NCBI RefSeq assembly: GCF_001194135.2
Contig: NC_068981.1
Coordinates: forward strand, 164,756,784 to 164,793,481
DNA: 36,698 bases
Reading direction: 5' to 3'
DNA from: Octopus bimaculoides
Taxonomy: Eukaryota
Part shown: positions 24,227 through 34,404 of the stretch, in pieces
Layout: each line of letters begins with the position of its first letter
How positions within the stretch are numbered: position 1 is the first letter of the stretch
The notes under the pieces: model-generated
What the model was told of the DNA's origin: nothing
The model's database searches: none
Seen by the model: the letters and a program-made list of their open reading frames with translations, nothing else
Position numbers and translations under genes: made by a program

Positions 24227-24517
24227 TTTGTTTTCATATTAGTGGCTGTAGCGAAAGAGGTGATATGGTGGACCCGTTTGAAAGGGCTAAAGACAGACAC
24301 TTTCCTCTTTGGCCAAGGCCTCATCAACTTTTTCAAGTTCCACTTGAAAAGGAAGATGAGAGTAGAGAGGGAAGTGCTGTCTCATAGCAAATTCGTTGAA
24401 AGATGGGTGACTGTTGGAAGAATGGCCAGTATAAACGGACCAATTCTGAGAATACACCTGTAGAAAAAAAAAAAAAAAGGTAATATAAAAGGAGAAAGGG
24501 CTCTATACCCCTTTCTT
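24227..24517 (+). mobile_element. L1/Tx1-like LINE ORF2 C-terminus plus start of 3' UTR (5'-truncated)
   Basis: Open frame FVFILVAVAKEVIWWTRLKGLKT...INFFKFHLKRKMRVEREVLSHSKFVERW...RIHL* (stop 24461-24463) resembles the AKxxIWxxR...FxERW C-terminus of L1/Tx1 ORF2. The clade call is from recall. Confidence 0.65.
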
Positions 24518-24814
24518 NNNNNNNNNNNNNNNNNNNNNNNNNNNNNNNNNNNNNNNNNNNNNNNNNNNNNNNNNNNNNNNNNNNNNNNNNNNNNNNNNNN
24601 NNNNNNNNNNNNNNNNNNNNNNNNNNNNNNNNNNNNNNNNNNNNNNNNNNNNNNNNNNNNNNNNNNNNNNNNNNNNNNNNNNNNNNNNNNNNNNNNNNNN
24701 NNNNNNNNNNNNNNNNNNNNNNNNNNNNNNNNNNNNNNNNNNNNNNNNNNNNNNNNNNNNNNNNNNNNNNNNNNNNNNNNNNNNNNNNNNNNNNNNNNNN
24801 NNNNNNNNNNNNNN

Positions 24815-24849
<35 letters not shown>

Positions 24850-24850
<1 letters not shown>

Positions 24851-24937
24851 TTTGAATTTAGTTCACGGACCCCCAACACTATCTTTGCGGACCACCAAGG
24901 GTCCGCGGACCCCAGGTTGAGAACCACTGTTCTAGAC
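24850..24937. mobile_element. Right end of a second hAT MITE
   Basis: GGTTGAGAACCACTG TIR at 24915-24929 followed by TTCTAGAC (nTCTAGAn target). The left end is presumably in the gap. Confidence 0.8.
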
Positions 24938-25855
24938 AGATCTATAAAACGACTGATAGTCATGGCTGGAATGCTTTTTGATCAACAACAATAACTAAAA
25001 GACTATCGTATCACTACCAGTAACCACGATCATACTCATCACCAATACAATTAACATCAAGTGACTCCTCAACGTCGCTCAACACGTTTGACTTACAAGC
25101 AAATCTCTCTCAAATTCCACCATCACACTCAACATTAGGGGTTATCAATTTGACACTGCAACGGCAATTTAAGAGCTATGTGGCTTTAAAATAAAACTTA
25201 GGGTTTTAGAAAATCTATGCTATTACTTGAATACTGTGCTGTTCATGGTCTTACTTTACTTAAGTATGCATGATTAATAAAAGAAAGCGTAGGTTATTAA
25301 ATTATTAGCGATGGAAGCAGGATTAACACTACGAACTTAAACAGGGATTCATGCTTGAACACCGAATACTGCGATATTAGCGTTATATTTCTCTATGTAG
25401 TTTTATGAAGTTTTCAGTTTTAAACAGTTACTTTTAATTTTCAATACAAAGTGTACCAGTTTTATTATTTTTTTTATCTACAAACTACCCTGATGTCATT
25501 GTTATGCTGTCTCAAAAAAAAAAAAGAAAAACGACACTTTTCAGTTGTTGTAGTCCAGAATTCATACTTTCTCAAAAATAGAAAAGAGGTATTAGTCATA
25601 ATTGGAACGTCATTGATCACAAGTCAATTCCATCTAACAATTACAGCACCACCAAAATCACAGCTATTGACTGCTCATTTGTTATCTGCATATAACCAAC
25701 AACATCATCACCACCACCACCACCACCACCATCATAACCAGAATCATCAACAACAACGTTAGCATTGTGAACACTTCCAATCTTCTGCATTGCAACAGCC
25801 ACAATGCAGACCGCTGCAGTAATGCAACAGCACTAATCCTCCATACATACATATG

Positions 25856-25887
<32 letters not shown>

Positions 25888-26461
25888 GCACACGCGCGCG
25901 CGCGCACAAATATATATATATATATATACGCACACACATATCTTGCTACATCTTGAGAAGATCATTAAGCCAACACACGCACTGGTTCAATATTATTTCT
26001 TTATTGTAATCAAACGGTTAAATACCTAACCAACTAACAAGTCGATCGTTTGTTGAACGTGTTGGTTAATCAATCAATCGGTTATTTATGCACATTTATG
26101 TGTGCGTGTATGTGGCCCTACAAATGCGTGTGCATGTCCGCTAGCGTGCTTGTCTACAGATATAATATCATACCTTGATACTGGGTGGTCTGGTTTTCGC
26201 CTCGACAGACCGCTGATAGGATATAAAGAGTCTCATGCAAATAAGTAACGCCTGTAGTCTCTGAAGCAACGAGATTTTAAACTACTGGCGTTATTCGCTC
26301 CCAAATGGATGGGATACTTAATTCTTTGGGATTAGTGAAACGTTGTAGACAGACGCTCCCACCGCCTACATAATTCGAAAATATATTAAAGCAACACTCT
26401 ATTTTCTTTAATCAACACAGATTGATGCTTTAATGTATACTACTTATGGTCGATTCAAGGC

Positions 26462-26550
26462 TAAAGTAAAAGACAGGTGCCACGCAGTGGGACTGAACCC
26501 AGAACCATGCGGTTGGGAAGCATACACTTTCCCACACTACCACACCTACA
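26462..26550 (-). mobile_element. SINE family A head fragment
   Basis: ggtgccacgcagtgggactgaacccagaaccatg is the reverse complement of the head at 21280-21318. Confidence 0.8.
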
Positions 26551-27268
26551 TGTCGATATCAGTATATTTGTTTATATATGTGTGTGTGTATGAGTGTGCG
26601 CGTGTATGTGTGTCTGCTTGTATGTGCGAATGTGTGTGTATATGTGTGTGTCTGTGATTCTGTTTGTCTATGTATGCGTGAGTGATATTTTCGCGCTTGT
26701 GTGTATGTTAGCGTGTTAATAAGGGTGTGTTTGCCTGCAATAGGGAGCATGCCTGCAATAGGGAGCATGTTTATACGTGTGTATGTGTGTTTGTGAGAGT
26801 GTCCGTATATGTGTCCATTTGCGCGTGAATATGCGCGTGTGTATGTGCTTGTATGACTGCATGTATTTGAGCGTGTGAGTATGTGCAATGCAGTTGACGT
26901 CCATTCCCCTATACCAGTCATCGCAAGCATCGGTCTTCTCTGACACCCGAACTCGTCACCTTTAACATCGACAGCCCCAACCTCACCCATATAGCCAACC
27001 GCAACCCTTCGTTCCCCTACTCTCACCGCGACCCTTTATTTCCTACACATACAGGCACACGCACACAGGGAGGCACACAGAGCGACACGCACACACACAT
27101 ACATACACGACACCGCAATCACACCACATCATTCCATTTCTATGAATGTCTATCATCCAGAGGTTTTATAAAAATCCATCCCGGTTAATTTTTGTTGTTT
27201 TCGTTCTTTGTTTCTGGCCCTCTTCTTGTGATCCCTTTATCTCGTGCTACTCCCACCAACACCATAAC

Positions 27269-27269
<1 letters not shown>

Positions 27270-27307
<38 letters not shown>

Positions 27308-27485
27308 ATACCACTCTAACCTTTATACATTGCTCTCTCTTTCCACCCACCTCACAACCTCCATTGGCGACCTTCTAGTTTCTACTTCTATATACAGCCA
27401 CCTCCGAATCGTTTTGACGATATGTTTCTACGCCTCTGCATGTTTTGGCTTGCTTGCTTTTGTGCATGGATGTGTATGCGCGCCG

Positions 27486-27525
<40 letters not shown>

Positions 27526-27897
27526 GTATATGTGTATGTGTGTGAGTGAGTGTGTATTGATATATGTATATATATTTGTATATGCATGTACGCACGTAGG
27601 TATGTGTGTATGTATGTATGCATATATGTATGTATATGCGGCGCAGCGCACACATACATACACGCATATAAATACATTTATATATATGTATATATGAAAC
27701 CATACATATTATGCATGCATATACACATACGAACACATGCACACATATGCATACATATATCTAAGCATGTGTGCGTCTGTGTTTAGTTGAACGTGTGTTT
27801 ATGACTGTCTTTGAGTGAGTGTAGTGTATGGTTATATGTTCTTGTGCGTATACGCGTATGTATGATCATATATATATATATGTGTGTGTGTGTGTGT
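27270..27897. repeat. (CT)n and compound CA/TG/TA low-complexity tract
   Basis: Directly visible. Confidence 0.9.
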
Positions 27898-28344
27898 NNN
27901 NNNNNNNNNNNNNNNNNNNNNNNNNNNNNNNNNNNNNNNNNNNNNNNNNNNNNNNNNNNNNNNNNNNNNNNNNNNNNNNNNNNNNNNNNNNNNNNNNNNN
28001 NNNNNNNNNNNNNNNNNNNNNNNNNNNNNNNNNNNNNNNNNNNNNNNNNNNNNNNNNNNNNNNNNNNNNNNNNNNNNNNNNNNNNNNNNNNNNNNNNNNN
28101 NNNNNNTGTATTTGAAGGGGTGGTGGTGGCGGGTTAAAATATTTCCTCTAAATTGAAATTAATCGGTCGACCTAAAATAGGGAGAGAGAGAGAAAAAAAA
28201 TCAAAAGAACGGAAATAATGGCGACAAGAATGTCGAAGTGAAATTGTGAAAGGAATAAACACTTAAATACATAAATATAGATATATCTAAAGGGAAACCA
28301 AATGGGTGTAACTATAGAAGTATCTTTTATCATTTGATTTTTGT

Positions 28345-28750
28345 TTTGTTTCAATCATTAGACTGCGGCTATGTTGGGGCGCGGCATTGAGGAATTTAGT
28401 CCGAACGAATTAATTCTAGTACTTGTTTTTTTTTTTTAAGCCTTGTACTTCTTAGTTTTCTTTTTTTAAGCCTGGTTCTTATCCTATCGATCTTTTTTGC
28501 CGACCCGTTAAGTTACGGGGACGAAAGTTCACCCACATCAATAATGAGGGACAAACACAGATACAAAAATAAACACATACACACACACACACTGACACAC
28601 ACATATACATACCTCCACCGCACACAGATATGTATATATACGCCAGGCCTCTTTCAGTTTCCGTCTACCAAATTCACTCACAAAGCTTTAGTGGGCTCGA
28701 AGATATAGTAGTAAACACTTACTGAAGGTGCCACGCAGTTGACCCTGAAG
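28345..28750 (-). mobile_element. SINE family A, diverged copy
   Basis: gactgcggctatgttgg ... ctttcagtttccgtctaccaaattcactcacaaagc ... ggtgccacgcag, with an internal CA array. Confidence 0.85.
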
Positions 28751-28789
28751 CTGGACTCTTGTGCCTGCACTAATAAATAAGGGCAAAGA

Positions 28790-29037
28790 CGCACTCCGGT
28801 CATGAATGACCAATGACCATGCATACCAGCCTCCCTTCTTCACACTACTGATGCCCAAGGGAAAGTCAAAGTCTGATACAGCTTAGCACCAGTGACGTCG
28901 CATCTCATTTCTACAGCTGACTGAACTGGAATAAAGTGTCTTGCTGAAATAAAGTGTCTTGCTCAAAAACACAACATACAGTCCGGTTGGGGAATCGAAC
29001 TCACTACGTCATGATTGTGAACCCGACTCTGTAACCA
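28790..29037 (-). mobile_element. tRNA-derived SINE family B
   Basis: Reverse complement has a B-box-like GAGTTCGATTCCC followed by GTGTTTTTGAGCAAGACACTTTATT; related to 31430-31558. Confidence 0.7.
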
Positions 29038-29107
29038 AAGAAATAAATACGAAAATACATTATTAAAGCTCGTAGGAATATCGCTTCACGACTACATTAT
29101 TTCCCAC

Positions 29108-29149
29108 CTAGATACTACAGAGCCGGACAATTGTTGTATAACATATTCT
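29108..29149 (-). CDS. Candidate 42-nt internal exon (phase 2-2): (K)EYVIQQLSGSVVS(R/S)
   Basis: ttactcgaccAG acceptor and weak GTGGGA donor. Only the phase required by the upstream 19-nt exon is stop-free. No homology evidence. Confidence 0.25.
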   Translation of the reverse strand, partial: RICYTTIVRLCSI

Positions 29150-29184
29150 CTGGTCGAGTAAAGCGTTGTAACGTAGATTTAGTA

Positions 29185-29352
29185 AACGGAAATTGAGTCG
29201 CGGCCATGCTAGAGCACCGCCTTTAGTCGAACAAATCAACTTATTCTTTGTAAGCCTAGTACTTATTCTATCGGTCTCTTTTGTCGAACTACTATTACGG
29301 AGGCGTAAACACACCTACATCGGTTGTCAAACAATGGTGGGGACAAACATAG

Positions 29353-29394
<42 letters not shown>

Positions 29395-29395
29395 T
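29185..29395 (-). mobile_element. SINE family A, 3' half
   Basis: gcggccatgctagagcaccgcctttagtcga ... catcggttgtcaa ... gacaaaca(CA)n. Confidence 0.9.
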
Positions 29396-29847
29396 AGAAG
29401 ATTTGGAGGTGATGAACAGATATTATATATTAGAAAAAATAAGGTATTCAGAGATCTGGATGGTTGTACATATACAAATATTTATTACCATGTCACATGT
29501 CACATATAAGCGCTTTCATCTACTCTAATAGATTCTTCAGATTTAAATTTTGTGAAGAGATCTGTCTCTTTTTTATAGTATTAGTGAATGAGTTGGGGTG
29601 GAGAGAGAGAGGGGGAAGAAGAGTAACGTGGAGTGTATAGGGTAGGAAAAGAGGGATAGGAATGGGGAGATAGTGAAGGGAGAAAGTGAGAGAGAGTGTG
29701 TGTGTTTGTGTGTGTGTGTTTGTGTGTGTGTATACGTGCGTGCGTGTGTGTGTGCCTGTGTATCTGAAGGAAGCGTTTTGAACAAGATACAAGGAGAAAA
29801 GGAGAAGAATATATATTTTTAAGTAGGTGGCTAGAACAGATGCTTAC

Positions 29848-29866
29848 TTTGGTTCGGCTAGCTCAC
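29848..29866 (-). CDS. Candidate 19-nt micro-exon (G)ELAEP(K)
   Basis: TTTTTTTTCAAACCCCCAG acceptor and AAA|GTAAGC donor. Open only in phase 1, which matches the upstream 60-nt exon. Confidence 0.4.
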
Positions 29867-29967
29867 CTGGGGGTTTGAAAAAAAATCCCACTAAGTAAAC
29901 ACTTAGAAACATGTGGAGAAGGAAGATTCAAGACCTTTTCCTTCTATAAATGCCCAAGGAATGATAC

Positions 29968-30027
29968 CTTCTTCAGAAAAAATATGGAACAACACTTCAT
30001 AGCAAAATTCTCCTCCGAACTGAATGG
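29968..30027 (-). CDS. Candidate 60-nt exon (phase 1-1): IQFGGEFCYEVLFHIFSEE(G)
   Basis: Strong acceptor ttttcatatttcAG and donor AAG|GTATCA in unique, non-repeat sequence. Product unidentified. Confidence 0.45.
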
Positions 30028-30099
30028 CTGAAATATGAAAATCACATCAACTTCCTTATAAACACATCTGGAACCCTAAGATATATGCATATGTGTGTG

Positions 30100-30668
30100 A
30101 GGGAAGATGAATGGAGTTATATATAACATCACAATCACTAGGGAACACTCCTAACACCATGATGTTGACTGGATGTTTGATTTTTATCACTATCAGTACA
30201 TGTTTTGGGGACACGGCAAGCCAATGGTTGTTCTGTGTGTTCACCATCTGATCCTGGCAGAAATTATTCTCGCCTGAGGAAAACCAAAGCCTGTTCGGTT
30301 GGAGTGGATGCTTGTGTTTGTTCACAAGCTTCGTTGCGCTGTCTTTCCTCTTGTCTTTGATGGCTTGGGATAAATATTTCTCATCTTGTATGAGGAATAC
30401 CAAATGTCATCAAGCACTACTTGCGTCATGAAAGACTTAAACACTCCCACTCCCCGGGCGACAGACCAGATTGACTTGGAGGAATCGCTATCAATCATGG
30501 CCTGAATCTCACCAAAAAATTCAGGAGTTCTTTTCTTATCAGAACGATCAGAGTGATTTTCCGAGCTGCCGTACCGTCGTAATCACCTTTAGACTAATCG
30601 AACTCTTTTCGAATCCTCAGCACGGTCCTCAGATTGACATCCAAACACTCTGAAATGTTCGCATAAGA
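30100..30668 (-). mobile_element. maT (DD37D)-type transposase remnant
   Basis: ANISECLDVNLRTVLRIRKEFD*SKGDYDGTAARK, SDRSDKKRTPEF..EIQAMID, LSQAIKDKRKDSATKLVNKHKHPLQPNRLWFSSGENNFCQDQMVNTQNNHWLAVSPK, KHPVNIMVLGV. Lacks the 5' end and the C-terminal catalytic half. Confidence 0.85.
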
Positions 30669-31373
30669 GCTCTGGATTTCGACAACGGTGCTGAAACGGC
30701 GACCTTTGAACCGCATTTTCCTCTTGGGAGAGAGATGGAAGTTAGTACGTACTAAATCTGGAGAATATGGCGGGTGCGGCAGCGATACCATAATGTTTTG
30801 GCGAAAAACTCACAAGTGAGGAGAGATCGGTGACAGGGTCCATTGTCGTTGTTTTGAATCCACAGATCATGTGGCTTCCACCGAATGTCCTTCATCAAAC
30901 GCTTCAAGACGTCGCAGTAGAACTCTTAATTAGCATTCTGCCCCTGGGCGACGAATTCTAGATGCACAATAGAACATTTCCGAGAGTGACGCTCAGTCAG
31001 GTCTTCTAGATCGCTCATCGTCTTCCAGGCAATTTCTTCCGCTTTTGAAGCGCTCGTGCCACTCGAAACATTGCATACAACCCATTGCCTCGTTGCCGTA
31101 AGATTGCCGAAGCATGCTCAATGTCTCTGTACCAGACTTCCCAAGTTTAAGTAAAATTTCACGTTGGTTCTGTATTCCTGTCCATGACAAAATTGCAGAC
31201 TGCAGCATACACGGGATCACAAAAACACAAATTTCACAACTTATGAGGTAAACATAGTGATGTCACTTAGCACATGAAGGTCACTGCTAGTTCTCATTGC
31301 GCAAGCAGCCGTGCACTTCCATCAGTTGGCGCTCTACAGAGCTAGTCCAAGAACTTGTTGATACTATCTCGTA
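30669..31373 (-). mobile_element. DD34D mariner remnant, internally deleted, retaining its 5' TIR
   Basis: TA|CGAGATAGTATCAACAAGTTCTTGGACT terminus; KLGKSGTETLSMLRQSYGNEAM..CFEWHERFKSGR..LEDDERS; deletion near 30990; IVHLEF..EFYCDVLKRL..DNGPCH..LPHPPYSPDL..FKGRRF. Confidence 0.9.
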
Positions 31374-31429
31374 TATTCTCCCCACTCTACTCTGGTCAGG
31401 ACGTCGGTCCGTTGCAAGATTTCTCATTT

Positions 31430-31558
31430 CCAACAACTGAGTGAAATGGTGCAACGTGAAATGGAATGTTTCGCTCAAAAGCAGTATGCATTGTCCAGTC
31501 TAAGAATCGAAACCACAATATTACAGTCATGAGTGCAACACGCTAAACATTAAGCCAA
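31430..31558 (-). mobile_element. SINE family B head, diverged
   Basis: Reverse complement starts TGGCTTAATGTTTAGCGTG and contains GGTTTCGATTCTT...TTTTGAGCGAAACATT. Confidence 0.6.
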
Positions 31559-31810
31559 TCACATCAAGATATAGAGTAACAATGTATTATAACGTCGTTC
31601 TCATTATGGTCGTTGCCGACGTTGTCGTCGTCGCTTTTGCTGTTCTGGTTGTTAATGTTGTTATTCAGACCCAGGTCGGCTCAGTTTGGACGGATTAATG
31701 ATTAAAGATGCTTCTTTAACCGGTCCATCTTTTGTTTCAGGCATAATGTATCTAGGATTGTATTATTATTCAATGTGACCATATATTTTTAAAATAGTAG
31801 GACGCTTATA

Positions 31811-32162
31811 GGCGCAGAAATGGCTGCATGTTTCTGGGTTCAGTCCCACTGCGTGGCGCCTTTGGCAAGTGTCTTCTGCTATAACCTCAGGACGACCACA
31901 TTCTTGTGAGTGAATTTGGTAGACGGAAATTGAAAGAAGCCCCTCGTTTATATGTGTGTGCGTGCACGCGCGCGTGTGTGCGTGTTCACCACTTGACAAC
32001 CAGCGTTAGTATTTTACGTCCCCGTAACTTAGCAGTTCAACAAAAAGGACCGTTAGAAGAAGTACCAAGCTTTAACAAATAATAAAAAGAACCAGGGTTG
32101 ATTCATTCGACTAAAATTCTTCAAGGCAGTAAAATGACCGAAACAAGTAAAAGAGTAAAAAA
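31811..32162 (+). mobile_element. SINE family A copy with deleted head segment
   Basis: GGCGCAGAAATGGCTG..GGGTTCAGTCCCACTGCGTGG...tail GAAACAAGTAAAAGAGTAAAA. Confidence 0.88.
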
Positions 32163-32406
32163 GAAAAAAAAGAGTACGATTCTTGGTAAAATTGGCTGCA
32201 ATTTCTAACAGATCAACCGACCACAGAAGGACACCCACTTTGAATTATTGTCCTGTGAGCTAATGATCAAACCTATAATTATATCACCCTTAGGTTAAGA
32301 CAATGGTAAAGATCGACAAATATGTTGTTTCCTTGCAAGAAACCCAACTACTCTAAGCTGCAACATTGAGGGGGCGTTGTTTAGGAAGCGCGTGTAGTTT
32401 TATTCG

Positions 32407-32420
32407 TCTCCAGATGGCGC
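32407..32420 (+). promoter_or_regulatory. CTCF-like motif in a CpG-containing island
   Basis: TCTCCAGATGGCGC matches CCASYAGRKGGCRS at 12/14. Motif only; binding unknown. Confidence 0.3.
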
Positions 32421-33018
32421 CAATGCGCATTGTCAGTGACATGAGGCGTGGTAGGGTGTGATGGGGGAGATGATGAACTTACATTGGTGGAAAACGCGTC
32501 TGGTTGTATTAATTGGCCCCGTGAAATCTAATTTACTCCACTTTGCATACTACTGATCCCGATGAACTTTCTCTAGGTTTTATCTAGCTTTGGACGAATA
32601 GTTATTTTTTATCAGTTCACTTATTGATTGATTCATTTTGCTTTGGACAAAATCGAAAGCTACTAACTCCTGTTAGTCCAATTCTTTGATATTCTGTTCT
32701 TAAACTGCTTCTCGTACAAACATTCATGCAATAAAAAAAATAATAATAATTAAAATAAAACACAGACTTGCCTGCATAGAGAGACATATCAAAGTGTACA
32801 TGTCTGCTAGTTTTTGAATGTGCATATCCGTGTGTATAGTTATCACGTATATATTTTGTTTCTATGTGTTATTGTATACCATGTATACAGTAAAACATTG
32901 AAACAAAATAGACACATATATAACTAAATCCCCACAGTTTATGTCCGTCGTTGTATTTTCCCTTTCACCTCTCGCTCTGGTTGCAAATAGAGCAAATTGT
33001 TATTCTAAACTTATCTAT

Positions 33019-33252
33019 GGCGTCGAGCTGGCAGATTCGTTAGCATACCAGACAAAATGTTTCGCAGCATTTCATCTAGTTTTATGTTCTGAGTTCAAAT
33101 TCCACCGACGTCGATTTGCCTTTCAACCTTTTTTTGGGGGGGGGGGCTATAAAATAGGTACTATTCGAGTATTGGGGTCGGTAAAATAAGTACTATTCGA
33201 GTACTGGGGTCGATGTAATTGACAAGCCTTAAGATATCAGGCCTTGTGCCTA
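33019..33252 (+). mobile_element. tRNA-derived SINE family C with internal 32-bp tandem duplication
   Basis: GGCGTCGAGCTGGCAGATTCG (A-box-like) and GAGTTCAAATTCC (B-box). Duplication at 33150-33181 / 33182-33213. Confidence 0.82.
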
Positions 33253-33352
33253 TAGTTTACAAGAATAATTGTAAATTGAACTAAACTGAACGTTGGATAA
33301 TATGAAGCCTTTCACCTAGTACCTAAAACCCCTGTAACATTGTTTTAAAGCG

Positions 33353-33353
<1 letters not shown>

Positions 33354-33393
<40 letters not shown>
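33354..33393. repeat. (TA)n microsatellite
   Basis: Directly visible. Confidence 0.97.
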
Positions 33394-33396
<3 letters not shown>

Positions 33397-34078
33397 CACA
33401 GATGCATATATGCTTTGTACGTCTGTGAGTATGTTGAACTGACGAATCGAATGATCAAAACATTATTTTTTTTTCCTTATTTATATATTTTGTACTATTA
33501 ATGCCATGATATTGATTCCTAATGAAGAGAAGACACAAATATGCCACTCAACTGGAGGGTCATTGCATTTCGAGATATTCGATAGTAGGATGATTTTACA
33601 GAATACGCATCAGCAAGATATGAACGGAGAATGTAAAAGGGCTGTAACAAAATAGCACAAACTTTCTGCCATCCATAAGTCTTTGACTATTTATATATTA
33701 ACGCTACTCGTGTATTTCAAATTGGAATGTCATCAAAATTTACACCAACACATTACTGGTGCAATTTTTATTGTTCTGAGTGTGATAGAAAGCGCAGTTA
33801 ACCGTGGCAGGATTTGAAAACAAATATTATGTATTTGTCGGAGTGCTGCCCTCATCTTGAGGGTTACTTTTTCACTACGTTTCGGTTGTATACGCTCCAG
33901 CCTTCTTTAGGCGACTGCTAGCCCATTACTTCAACGCCACCATTCTGCCGATTCATCCTAAATTGTTCTTGTTAAATTATTTAACATTTGCGATACTCAT
34001 TATCTAATCATGTATGTACGCGCGGGTGTATACATACATATAAACATAGATGGATATATATACATATGAATATAAATA

Positions 34079-34119
<41 letters not shown>

Positions 34120-34306
34120 GTCTGTGAGTGTTTGTGCGTGTGTTTGTGTGTGTATACATCGCGCGCACGTGCGCACATATAGATATTCAGGCGATTCAAC
34201 GTGAGTTGAATCAATTCCAGCTCTGAAAACACACATAACTGTATTCAAGATCCTATCACGCAAACTGACCCGATTAATCCAGTCGAAGTAAAAGTCTGTC
34301 ACATAC

Positions 34307-34404
34307 GTCGATCTATAGCGGCACTGAACAGTCATCTCAAAGGTCATGGGAGGAAAGTCAGGAGTAACGTTAACAATGTGAAAGCGCAGAGAGACACCTA
34401 TCAT
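34307..34404 (-). CDS. Candidate 98-nt exon MIGVSLRFHIVNVTPDFPPMTFEMTVQCRYRS(T); an alternative donor at 34270 gives 135 nt
   Basis: ctgataattgttccaccttcacAG acceptor and GAC|GTATGT donor (alternative CGG|GTCAGT). Only one frame is open. Unique sequence between microsatellites. Confidence 0.45.

Noticed and set aside
24240-24467. Strong minus-strand acceptor (T-run-CTACAG) suggesting an exon
   Set aside because: It is the antisense of the A-run after a LINE ORF2 stop; the plus-strand LINE reading explains the region.
25090-25185. Minus-strand GTAAGT donor with upstream acceptors
   Set aside because: All frames contain stops; at most a non-coding exon, and unsupported.
6-34232. The many ORFs made of CV, YI, HT, N, LSIY repeats or X runs (e.g. 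6-272, 4831-5838, 14280-14564, 19987-20589)
   Set aside because: They are translations of microsatellites and N-gaps, not genes.
34270-34404. Resemblance of the candidate exon to the Cys-loop receptor beta1-beta2 region (D-xxx-M...R spacing), tempting given octopus chemotactile receptors
   Set aside because: The invariant W-x-D motif is missing and no other receptor exons are visible.
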